Assembly: GCA_964016885.1 (NCBI GenBank)
Contig: OZ024740.1
Span: 394,630,001-394,694,000 of the forward strand
Reading direction: 5' to 3'
DNA: 64,000 bases
Source: Eledone cirrhosa
Taxonomy: Eukaryota
Shown: positions 52,413 to 64,000 of the stretch, piece after piece
Layout: each line of letters begins with the position of its first letter
Position numbering within the stretch: position 1 is the first letter of the stretch
The notes under the pieces: model-generated
Told to the model about the DNA's origin: nothing
Database searches by the model: none
What the model saw: the letters and a program-made list of their open reading frames with translations, nothing else
Position numbers and translations under genes: made by a program

Positions 52413-55400
52413 GTAGGAGGCAGGGAGGTAAGGTAAGAGGTAGGGAGGTGAAGTAAGAGGTAGGGAGGTAAGGTAAGAGGAAGGGAGGTGATATAAGAGG
52501 TAGGGAGGTGTAGTAAGAGGTAGGGAGGTGATATAAGAGGTAGGGAGGTAAGGTAAGAGGTAGGGAGGTGAAGTAAGAGGTAGGGAGGTCAGGTAAGAGG
52601 TAGGGAGGTAAGGTAAGAGGTAGGGAGGTGAAGTAAGAGGTAGGGAGGTGTAGTAAGAGGTAGGGAGGTGAAGTAAGAAGTAGGGTGGTGTAGTAAGAGG
52701 TAGGGAAGTGAGGTAAAAGGTAGGGAGGTAAGGTAAGAGGTAGAGAGGTGAAGTAAGAGGTAGGGAGGTGAGTAAGAGGTAGGGAGGTGAAGTAAGAGGT
52801 AGGGAGGTCAGGTAAGAGGTAGGGAGGTAAGGTAAGAGGTAGGGAGGTAAGGTAAGAGGTAGAGAGGTGAAGTAAGAGGTAGGGAGGTGAGTAAGAGGTA
52901 GGGAGGTGAAGTAAGAGGTAGGGAGGTAAAGTAAGAGGTAGGGAGGTGAAATTAAAGGTAGGGAGGTGTAGTAAGAGGTAGGGAGGTGAGGTAAGAGGTA
53001 GGAGGTAAGGTTAGAGGTAGGGAGGTAAGGTAAGAGGTACAGAGGTGAAGTAAGAGGTAGGGAGGTGAAGTAGAGGTAGGGAGGTGTAGTAAGAGGTAAG
53101 GAGGTGAAGTAAGAGGTAGGGAGGTGTAGTAAGAGGAAGGGAGGTAAGGTAAGATGTAGGGAGGTGAAGTAAGAGGTAGGGAGGTAAGGTAAGAGGTAGG
53201 CAGGTGAAGTAGGAGGTAGGGAGGTGAAATAAGAGGTAGAGAGGTAAGTTAAGATGTAGGGATAAGGTAAGAGGTAGGGAGGTGAGGTAAGAGGTAGGGA
53301 GGTAAGATAAGAGGTAGGGGGTAAGGTAAGAGGTAGGGAGGTGAGGTAAGAGGGAGGGAGGTAAGGTAAGAGGTAGGAAGGTAAGGTAAGAGGTAGGGAG
53401 GTGAAGTAAGAGGTAGAGAGGTAGGGTAGGAGGTAGGGAGGTGAAGTAAGAGGTAGGGAGGTATAGTAAGAGGTAGGGAGGTGAAGTAAGAGGTAGGGAG
53501 GTAAGGTAAGAGGTAGGGAGGTGAAGTAAGAGGTAGGGAGGTGTAGTAAGAGGTAAGGAAGTGAGGTAAGAGGTAGGGAGGTAAGGTAAGAGGTAGGGAG
53601 GTAAGGTAAGTGGTAGGGAGGTAAGGTAAGAGGTAGGAAGGTGAAGTAAGAGGTAGAGAGGTGAAGTAAGAGTTAGGGAGGTGAACTAGGAGGTAGGGAT
53701 TTGAAGTAAGAGGTAGAGAGCTGAAGTAAGAGGGATGGAGGTGAAGTAAGAGGTAGAGAGGTAAGGTAAGAGTTGGGGAGGTGAAGCAGAGGTGGGGAGG
53801 TGAAGTAAGAGGGAGAGAGGTGAAGTAAGAGGTAGAGAGGTGAATTAAGAAGTAGAGCGGTGAAGTAAGAGGTAGGGGGGTGTAGTAGGAGGGTGGGAGG
53901 TGAAGTAAGAGGTAGCGAGGTAAGGTAAGAGGTAGGAAGTTGAAGTAAGAGGTAGAGAGGTAAGGTAAGAGGTAGGGAGGTGAAGTAAGAGGTAGGGAGG
54001 TGAAGTAAGAGGTAGGGAGGTGAAGTAAGAGGTAGAGAGGTAAGGTAAGAGGTAGGGAGGTGAAGTAAGAGGTGGCGAGGTGAAGTAAGAGGAAGAGAGG
54101 TGAAGTAAGAGGTAGGGAGGTGAAGTAAGAGGTAGGGAGGTGTAGTAAGAGGTAGGGAGGTGAAGTAAGAGGTAGGGAGGTAAGGTAAGAGGTAGGGAGG
54201 TGAAGTAAGAGGTAGGAAGGTGTAGTAAGAGGTAGGGAAGTGAGGTAGGATGTAGGGAGGTAAGGTAAGAGGTAGGGAGGTAAGGTAAGAGGTAGGGAGG
54301 TAAGGTAAGAGGTAGGAAGGTAAAGTAAGAGGTAGAGAGGTATGGTAAGAGGTAGGGAAGTGAATAAAGAGGTAGAGGGGTGAAGTAAGAGATAGGGAGG
54401 TGAAGTAAGAGGTAGAGAGCTGAAGTAAGAGGTAGGGAGGTGAAGTAAGAGGTAGAGAGCTGAAGTAAGAGGTAGGGAGGTGAAGTAAGAGGTAGAGAGG
54501 TGAAGTAAGAGGTAGAGAGGTGAAGTAAGAGGAAGAGAGGTGAAGTAAGAGGTAGGGAGGTGAATAAAGAGGTAGAGGGGTGAAGTAAGAGATAGGGAGG
54601 TGAAGTAAGAGGTAGAGAGCTGAAGTAGGAGGTAGGGAGGTGAAGTAAGAGGTAGAGAACTGAAGTAAGAGGTAGGGAGGTGAAGTAAGAGGTAGAGAGG
54701 TGAAGTAAGAGGTAGAGAGGTGAAGTAAGAGGAAGAGAGGGGAAGTAAGAGGTAGGGAGGTGAAGTAGGAGGTACAGAGGTGAAGTAAGAGGTAGGGAGG
54801 TGAAGTTAGAGGTAGGGAGGTAAAGTAAGAGGTAGAGAGGTGAAGTTAGAGGTAGGGAGGTGAAGTAAGGGGTAGAGAGGTGAAGTAAGAAATAGGGAGG
54901 TGAAGTAAGAGGTAGGGAGGTGAAGTAAGAAGTAGAAGGTAAGGTAAGAGGTAGGGAGGTGAAGTAGAGGTGGGGAGGTGAAGTAAGTGGGAGAGAGGTG
55001 AAGTAAGAGGTTATAGAGGTGAATTAAGAGGTAGATAGGTATGGTAAGAGGTAGGGAGGTGAATAAAGAGGTAGAGGGGTGAAGTAAGAGGTAGGGAGGT
55101 GAAGTAAGCGATAGGGAGGTGAAGTAAGAGGTAGAGAGGTAAGGTAAGAGGTAGGGAGGTGAAGTAAGAGGTAGGGAGGTGAAGTAAGAGATAGAGAGGT
55201 GAAGTAGGAGGTAGAGAGGTGAAGTAAGAGGTAGGGAGGTGAAGTAAGAGGGAGGGAGGTGAAGTAAGAGGTAGGGAGGTGAAGTAAGAGGTAGAGAGGT
55301 AAGGTAAGAGGTAGGGAGGTGAAGTAAGAGGTGGGGAGGTGAAATAAGAGGTAGAGAGGTGAAATAAGAGGTAGAGAGGTGAAGTAAGATGTAGGGAGGT

Positions 55401-57872
55401 GAAGTAAGAGGTGGGGAGGTGAAGTAAGAGGTAGAAAGGTGAAGTAAGAGGTAGGGAGGTGAAGTAAGAGGTAGGGAGGTGAAGTAAGATGCAGGGAGGT
55501 GAAGTAAGAGGTAGGGAAGTGAAGTAAGAGGTATGGCGGTGAAGTAAGAGGTAGGGAGGTGAAGTAAGAGGTAGAGAGGTGAAGTAAGAGGTAGAGAGGT
55601 GAAGTAAGAGGTAGAGAGGTGAATTAAGAGGTTGAGAGGTGAAGTAAGAGGTAGAGAGGTGAAGTAAGATGTAGAGAGGTGAAGTAAGATGTAGGGAGGT
55701 GAAGTTGGAGGGAGGTGAAGTAAGAGGTAGAGAGGTGAAGTAAGGGGTAGGGAGGTGAAGTAAGAGGTAGGGAGGTGAAGTAAGAGGTAGAGAGGTGAAG
55801 TAAGAGGTAGAGAGGTGAAGTAAGAGGTAGAGAGGTGAAGTAAGATGTAGGGAGGTGAAGTTGGAGGGAGGGAGGTGAAGTAAGAGGTAGAGAGGTGAAG
55901 TAAGGGGTAGTTAGGTGAAGTAAGAGGTAGAGAGGTGAAGTAAGAGGTAGGGAGGTGAAGTAAGCAGTAGGGAGGTGAAGTAAGAGGTAGAGAGGTAAGG
56001 TAAGAGGTAGAGAGTTGAAGTAAGAGGTAGCGAGGTAAGGTAAGAGGTAGGGAGGTGAAGTAAGGGGTAGGGAGGTGAAGTAAGAGATAGAGAGGTGAAG
56101 TAGGAGGTAGAGAGGTGAAGTAAGAGGTAGGGAGGTGAAGTAAGAGGGAGGGAGGTGAAGCAAGAGGTAGGGAGGTGAAGTAAGAGGTAGAGAGTTAAGG
56201 TAAGAGATAGGGAGGTGAAGTAAGAGGTGGGGAGTTGAAGTAAGAGTTAGAGAGGTGAAGTAAGAGGTAGGGAGCTGAAGTAAGAGGTAGGGAGGTGAAG
56301 TTAGAGGTAGGGAAGTGAAGTAAGAGGTAGGGAGGTGAAGTAAGAGGTAGAGAGGTGAAGTAAGAGGTAGAGAGGTAAGGTAAGAGGTAGAGAGGTGGAG
56401 TAAGAGGTAGGGAGGTGAAGTAAGAGGTAGAGAGTTGAAGTAAGAGGCAGGGAGGTGAAGTAAGAGGTGGGGAGGTGAAGTAAGAGGTAGGGAGGTGAAG
56501 TAAGAGGTAGAGAGGTGAAGTAAAAGTTAGGGAGGGGAAGTAAGAGGTAGGGAGGTGAAGTAAGAGGTAGGGTGGTGAAGTAAGAGATAGGGAGGTGAAG
56601 TAAGAGGTACAGTGCTGAAGTAAGAGGTGGGGAGGTGAAGTTAGAGGTAGAGAGGTTAAGTAAGAGGTAGGGAGGTGAAGTAAGAGGTAGAGAGTTGAAG
56701 TAAGAGGCAGGGAGGTGAAGTAAGAGGTGGGGAGGTGAAGTAAGAGGTAGGGAGGTGAAGTAAGAGGTAGGGAGGTGAAGTAAGAGGTAAGGAGGTGAAG
56801 TAAGAGATAGGGAGGTGAAGTAAGAGGTAGAGTGCTGAAGTAAGAGGTATGGAGGTGAAGTTAGAGGTAGAGAGGTGAAGTAAGAGGTAGAGAGGTGAAG
56901 TAAGAGGTGGGAAGTTTCAAGTAAGAGGTAGGGAGTTGAAGTAAGACGTAGAGAGGTGAAGTAAGAGGTAGGGAGTTGAAGTAAGAGGTAGGGAGGTGAA
57001 GTAAGAGGTAGGGAGGTGAAGTAAGAGATAGGGAGGTGAAGTAAGAGGTAGAGAGGTGAAGTAAGAGGTAGGGAGGTGAAGTAAGAGGTAGGGAGGTGAA
57101 GTAAGAGATTGGGAGGTGAAGTAAGAGGTAGAGTGCTGAAGTAAGAGGTAGGGAGGTGAAGTAAGAGGTAGAGAGGTGAAGTAAGAGGTAGGGAGGTGAA
57201 GTAGGAGGTAGAGAGGTGAAGTAAGAGGTAGAGAGGTGAAGTAAGAGGTAGGGAGGTGAAGTAAGAGGTAGAGAGGTGAAGTAAGAGGTAGGGAGGTGAA
57301 GTAAGAGGTAGGGAGGTGAATTAAGAGGTAGGGAGGTGAAGTAGGAGGTAGAGAGGTGAAGTAAGAGGTAGAGAGGTGAAGTAAGAGATAGGGAGGTGAA
57401 ATAAGAGGTAGAGTGCTGAAGTAAGAGGTAGGGAGGTGAAGTAAGAGGTAGAGAGGTGAAGTAAGAGGAAGAGAGGTGAAGTAAGAGGTAGAGAGGTAAG
57501 GTAAGTGTAGGGAGGTGAAGTAAGAGGTGGGGAGGTGAAGTAAGAGGTAGAGAGGTGAAGTAAGAGGTAGGGAGGTGAAGTAGGAGGTAGAGAGGTGAAG
57601 TAAGAGGTAGAGAGGTGAAGTAAGAGGTAGGAGGTGAAGTAAGAGGTAGAGAGGTGAAGTAAGAGGTAGAGAGGTGAAGTAAGAGGTAGAGAGGTGAAGT
57701 AAGAGGTAGGGAGGTGAAGTAAGAGGTAGAGAGCTGAAGCATGAGGTAGGGAGGTGAAGTAAGAGTTAGGGAGGTAAAGTAAGAGGTAGGGAGGTGAAGT
57801 AAGAGGTAGGGAGGTGAAGTAAGAAGTGGGGAGGTGAATTAAGGGGTAGGAAGGTGTAGGAAGAGGTAGAGA
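52413..57872. repeat. 20-bp minisatellite (GGTGAAGTAAGAGGTAGGGA)n, about 270 units
   Basis: Read directly over 5.46 kb. The plus strand is almost devoid of C. Confidence 0.97.
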
Positions 57873-58091
57873 TTAGATTGTGGGACAGTGAGAAAGAGAA
57901 AGAGAAAGACAAAGATAGTGGGAAGGTCAGTGAGAAGGTGTAACGACAGAAAGAATGAGAGACAAAGTATGTATGTATGTATGTTGGTACATACATATAT
58001 ATATATATATACATATATATGTATGTATGTGTGTATATATATATATTTCTTTCATATACCGTACCGATTGTGTTGTTATTCCTGTTTACCC

Positions 58092-58135
<44 letters not shown>

Positions 58136-58570
58136 CATATATATTATATATATATATATATGTATGTATATATCCATATATATTATATATATATATGGAT
58201 ATATACGGAGCGAGGGAAAGAGAGCGGGATCTGTGACAAGAGAATGCGTTAATTCATGCAAACAGTTTACCAGTAATTATGTATGGTATTTAAGAGCCGT
58301 TTATAGCAACTTAACAACTATGTAAATAGATAAGGCAACCTACCCCGCACCATCTGTCACTTTAAATTAGGCAGTGCATTCGTGGCCTATTGTATTCTCG
58401 AACGAGAGAGAACACTTGATGAGCTGTGCAGGTTGGTCTTGATTGTTGAGGTAGATTCAAACGTACATGTTAGGAAGAGATATTGTGTTCTATTGTATCA
58501 TGTGTGTATGTGTGTGTGTTTTGGTAAAGAAAGGGGTGGTTTGTACACATGTTTAAGTATATAGGTATGT

Positions 58571-58614
<44 letters not shown>

Positions 58615-58791
58615 TATATATATATATATATTTATATACATATATATATATATATATGTATGTATTTATATATTTATATATATATATGTATGTATGTATT
58701 TATATTTTTATATATATATATGTATGTATGTATTTATATATTTATATATATATATGTGTTTCTTATTCGCAACATGACCCTCCCAAAGTAT

Positions 58792-58857
<66 letters not shown>

Positions 58858-58914
58858 ATGAAAAGTATAGAAATTTTTGTGAGCAAGAAGCCAACAGTAT
58901 TCCATAATATATAA

Positions 58915-58963
<49 letters not shown>

Positions 58964-59034
58964 AACCAGTAAGACCCCGACAGCTGAGCTCAAGCCGTTT
59001 CGACGGCTAATTCTAATATATATATATATATATA

Positions 59035-59086
<52 letters not shown>

Positions 59087-59125
59087 TATATGTATGTAAT
59101 ATATACATATATGTATGTGTACATG

Positions 59126-59167
<42 letters not shown>

Positions 59168-59356
59168 AGTAAAAGGTAAACAGAAATAACAACACAATCG
59201 GTACAGTATATGGAAGAGATATATTAGATTAGCGCTTGAAATAGCAGGAAGAGGGTCTTAACGTTTCGGACGCTAGTTCGTCATCAGAAGAAAGAATGAG
59301 AAATAAGATAGATTCAAGGGACGGGCGGGTTGGAATTGGAAAAAATGTTTTTAGAT
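59168..59356 (-). mobile_element. Hammerhead-bearing short repeat (same family as 35201-35345); its 3' end recurs inverted at 58045-58095
   Basis: TCTT-CTGATGA-CGAAC(TAGC)GTCC-GAAACGTT-AAGA. Both 3' ends abut (CA)n. Confidence 0.75.
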
Positions 59357-60580
59357 AAACATAACAGGTCCTTCATGTTGACATCTCTTGGGACTAATTT
59401 ATGTACGATTATCCACAGAACGTTCAAACATTAACTGAATAAGTCCTCAATACATGTGACCATGTTCTACGGTTTAGTTTTCAGAAGAGGAAATGTGACA
59501 GTGATTTTGAGGTTTCGGAAAGAAGATAAAGGATAAAAGAAGAGAAAAAATGTTGTGGGGAGGATAGCGAAAGGAGAAATGAGGAAGGAGATAAGGTAAA
59601 ATAAGTATCGCGACGTTTTTAATTTAAATGATAGAATATTGGGTCATCAAGTATGAAATTTGTAGAAATTTGTTTTCTTTTCTACAGATTTCTATAAATT
59701 TCATACTTGACCACCCACTTGTACATAAGTGTATAATTATATATTTAATTACATTTTTAATTATATTTTCATGTAAGAACTTTCTCATTAAAGTATGCTG
59801 CAAGGACAACTAAATAGATAGGTTAACGGGTAAACCTCCAAGATGCCGAAGGTCTATATCCTGTTTTCGGTACCAATGTTTTATACAGTAAGATATTTTA
59901 TCCCTCTTTTCTGAATTAGCGATAATCATTATGGTGTCTACACCAATATCATACTGAAAAAATTAGCTTTTCCCCATGTTCAAGGCTGTCATGAATTCAG
60001 AAATTGGAATTTAAACGATCATTTAAAATCTCAGTGAGTGGTGACAAGAGTACAGTAAACATTACGGGCAAATCATGTGAAATTTCAAAGATCCATAGGA
60101 TGCCTTTAAGCTCAAATCATTAAAATCTCCCCATCAACTGAAGCTTGTCATAGAAACTCCATTATCAAACTCTGAAAATAAACTTGTGTCCCATTTAGAA
60201 CTACACATGTAACTCACAAAATAGAACTTCACACTAACAAACCGAACAGAAAAAAACTTCAAAGGCCTCTATAACCTTCTCAAATTTCACCCAAACAAGG
60301 GTAGAGAGGTAAATACAAATGATTACGTTCCAGTGATTATAAATTAGTTTTCTAAACAAAATTGATATAATTTAATGTCGTTGATATTATTAAGCGAAAT
60401 AAGTACATATTTAAGTAACTAATTGATTGATTACGGAGTATGTTTCTCATATAGTTTTTATCAACAATCTTGACAATTTCATTATAAGCATGTTTTATAT
60501 TTTTTTTATTTTCTAGAAAGACATTTGAGAGTTTATTCATTGGGTTTGTTCTGGGTATTATTATTACTGCAGGCGGTATG

Positions 60581-60773
60581 GCGGTGGATTGGCAGTATCG
60601 GCGGAGGCCCGATCGCCATACTTTCCGGCATAGTTACGTCCCTTTACGGTCTGAGTTCAAATCCCGTCGAGGTTAACTTTGCCTTTCATCCTTATGGGGT
60701 CGATAAAATAAAGAACCAGTAATGCACTGGGGATAATTGCTGGCCTTGTGCCAAAAGTAGAAACCATTATTAT
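60581..60773 (+). mobile_element. SINE family 1
   Basis: Matches the family consensus. Confidence 0.85.
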
Positions 60774-61075
60774 TGTTTAGCCCTAGTCAGCTCGGATTAA
60801 GCATGTATATGATAAACCCGTGAGCATCCGTCTATTTTTAATCTTTCTTTTGATATAATACATTGTAAACAAAATGTTCATCCTTTCTTTATGGCGGTAC
60901 TGCAGGATTTGTGAGCGATATGGCCGGTATTTCTAGCAGGTTGAATGACCATGTAGATATTTCCTGGTTATGTATTGGTGTCAAAATTGAAAAAAGTGCG
61001 CACATTAATAGATTTGTCGATACAATATATAAATATATGCGAACATTCGGAATCCAAGGTAAGATGTAACAATCA

Positions 61076-61505
61076 TAATGGTTTCTTATATAGGAACAAG
61101 GCCAGCAATTTTGGAGGAGGGGAAAGTCGATTAAATCGAACCCAGTACGTTACTGGTACTTTATTTTATCGACCCCGTGAGGTTGAAATGTAAAGTTAAC
61201 CTCGGCTGGATTTGAACTCAGATCATAAAGGGCCGTAACTCTATGCTATAAATCATGGCGTCCGACCATCTACCGATACTGCCAATCCACCGCCTCATGT
61301 AACAATCATAATAATTGTTTCTACTTTTGGCACAAGGCTAGCAATTATATCCCAGTGCATTACTGGTACTTTATTTTATCGACCCCGTAAGGATCAAAGG
61401 CAAAGTTAACCTCGGCGGGATTTGAACACAGAAAGTAAAGGGCCATAACTCTATGCCATAAAGCATGGCGTCCGACTCTCTACCGAAACTGCCAATCCAC
61501 TGCCC
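61076..61505 (-). mobile_element. Tandem pair of SINE family 1 (61076-61294, 61308-61505)
   Basis: Two consecutive consensus matches. GTAACAATCATAAT recurs at 61066, 61299 and 61507. Confidence 0.85.
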
Positions 61506-61929
61506 TGTAACAATCATAATAATAAATATTTCAAGGCGTCGGACTTTCTCAAAACCATACAATTTATATTAGCCAACGAGAAAGCTATTGATTGTGCTTG
61601 CAAGAAAATGTGACAAAATGACCTTCATATCAAACTCAACAATCATTAAAAAGGAGGACACGTTGAGTATTATCGCTCTCGATAAATTGTCTAAATACTG
61701 AGGGCGTAGTCACGACTGGAATGCTTTTATTTAACCAGATTTGAGCGGTGTTGAAAGTTTAAAAAAATACATTGAAGAAGTACATATTGAAATAAATAAA
61801 GATGGAATAGCTTTGATTATTGTTCTATCCTAAATCTAAACCATCAATGAGCTCAGCTGGTCTAGCTTGAGGACCCAGCCAAATAAATCAGAGAGGGTTG
61901 TTCCGAACAGGACTCGGTGGAAAGTGCAC

Positions 61930-62014
61930 GAAGAAGAAGAAGAAGAAGAAGAAGAAGAAGAAGAAGAAGAAGAAGAAGAAGAAGAAGAAGAAGAAGAAGA
62001 AGAAGAAGAAGAAG
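61930..62014. repeat. (GAA)n microsatellite, probably the 3' tail of a LINE fragment
   Basis: About 28 GAA units, preceded by NRTRWK-like sequence. Confidence 0.7.
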
Positions 62015-63534
62015 AGTTTAGCTTTTACACCTACCTCCCTTCTTCTGATGACCGAATGGAAAAGCTGGCGCATTACTACTCTAACTCTTGTAATTCTTGC
62101 ACTTAATTCAGCCTCCCGCCTTCCATCACTCATGAACATGGCCACATTCCTGCCATGCAGCACTCGGCAGCAAACCTATTAAGTGTTGCTGATAAATACA
62201 CGCAAATATATTAATAGTATAGCAAGCATTACGTTTTAATTATCAGAAAACGTTTCCCAGTGGATAGATATGTTGCCATTCTATTATTCGTGATTGAATA
62301 ATAATAATATAATAATAATATTATTAATATTCGGTTTGTTTGCAAGCAAACAGCCTCATAACACCATGTGTGTTTCCTTTTGTTCCAGCGGTAGCTGAGA
62401 GAAAACAGTTGACAATTGTTTTGGTGGTGTTGCTCTTTATCGAGACTGTGTATGCTTGTCGCTGCTATTCATTCTATTGTTTCTTTCTGGAAGACTAGCA
62501 ATTGCTCAGGTATATTCGTATCTTCTCACCACTTTCCCAAGTTGTCCAAAGGAATGGCAGTTTCCTTACAGTTTGGCTTCATTGTCATTGCAGGCGAACT
62601 CTGAACGAAAACATCCGTTTACTCTCTGAAGATGTTAATAGTAACGTTGTTGACATTTGTGAATATACTATATCAAGAAATAACTAATGAAATCTCACCA
62701 AGTATTCTATCACTTTAAAACATAAACCATAAAATGTTTGTATTGATTACTAATGATATCCAAACAATATTTTCTCTCAAAACTTTAATGGTCTATGAAA
62801 TAAAAACAAAATTATGGTGTACAAATTAATTTTTAGTTACATAAAATGTTTAACTTTATGTAAACCTGAGAATATTAATATAATTTTTTCTGTTTTTATT
62901 TCATTATATGAATGATCTTAATTTTGTTTCTTTTGAGGTTTTTTAGACGTGCTTTTTTATGCTGATATGTAAGGTAACAAATTGTTAGAGTTGGTAGAGC
63001 ATCGAATTGAATACATTATGGAACTTGTTCCAGTTTTCTACGCTCTGAGTTGAAATCCTACTTTGGTCATCTTGGCTTTTCCTCTTTTCAGTTGATAAAT
63101 AAGGTATCAATCCAAAGCGACAAATTTGTTGAATTGTTTGAGTCGGACTACAGAACAGATGCTTTACGCTATTTGTTTTAGCCGATACATTCTGCGTTCA
63201 TCAGCGACAACATTGGTGCCAAGCTGTATCAATCCTGCCTACTCTTTGGGCAACATTGAGGATGTGGAAGGAAATAAGAATGCTTAGGCAACCATTGATT
63301 TTCCTTGATGTAAATGTTCATCATCATAATTTCTAACTGAACATTGTTATTTTTTAATCCTTTGTGGGTGATATTCATTATCTAAACTTAGGGCTGAACA
63401 CGAACGTTTAACACTTTTGATACGAAACCGATTTAAAAGCACCTCTCATTCAATGATATAAAACTGTTTGCTTTAAGATGTTTAACTGTATGTAATACCC
63501 TTTAAGTTAGACTGCGGCCATTCAAACACTACTT

Positions 63535-63907
63535 GATAATTGTTTCTACTTTTGGCACAAGGCCAGCAATTATCCCAGTGCATTACTGGTACTTTATTTT
63601 ATCGACCCCGTAAGGATGAAAAGCAAAGTTAACCTCGGCAAGATTTGATCTTAATTCGTAAAGAGCCATAACTCTATACAGCAGAGCATGGTGTCTGATG
63701 CTCTACCACTTAATAATGATTTCTAATTTAGGTATAATGCAAGCAATTTGCGGGAAAGGAAACGTCGATAATACTCACTCCAGTACTTTACAAGTACTTT
63801 ATTTTATAGACCTCAAAAGATGAAATACAAAGTTCACATCAACGGGATTTGAACTCAGAACGTAAAAGGACAAAAACAAATAGTAACAATATTGCCAATC
63901 CAACGCC
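63535..63907 (-). mobile_element. Tandem pair of older SINE family 1 copies
   Basis: GTACTTTATTTTAT(C)GACC..GATGAAA..CAAAGTT core twice. Confidence 0.75.
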
Positions 63908-64000
63908 CGTAAACAGTATCACACTATCTTGATAATGAGAAAGTTTGTTATTTAACTGAATCTAACCAGATTCTGGACTATTTTCATTTTTTTTTTTTAA

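Noticed and set aside
55624-57742. 179- and 293-aa minus-strand L/P/S/T/Y-rich ORFs resembling repeat proteins
   Set aside because: Artefact of the 20-bp satellite; its pyrimidine-rich strand has few stop codons.

Overview
Repeat-saturated eukaryotic animal DNA with no recognisable host exon. The SINE type and microsatellite load suggest a mollusc, probably a cephalopod (inference). 1-14.6 kb is a head-to-tail array of three diverged L1/Tx1-clade non-LTR retrotransposons (CCHC ORF1; APE-RT-zinc-finger ORF2), two of which end in (TATC)n. 15-52 kb and 58-64 kb are (TA)n/(CA)n microsatellite fields carrying tRNA-derived SINEs, RTE fragments, a composite hAT-like element and many Penelope-like (PLE) remnants. 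52.4-57.9 kb is a 20-bp purine-rich satellite. The main unexplained structure is a set of about ten sequence-unrelated fold-back elements sharing one layout: microsatellite - arm - loop - inverted arm - tail - microsatellite. Many contain hammerhead ribozyme motifs, three families with a CCGANGA core. Eight families carry a covarying hairpin with a 2-nt (mostly UU) bulge just past the fold-back boundary. In all three Tx1 copies the ORF1 stop codon is embedded in a 5' splice-site consensus. Coordinates were counted by eye and may be off by a few bases.
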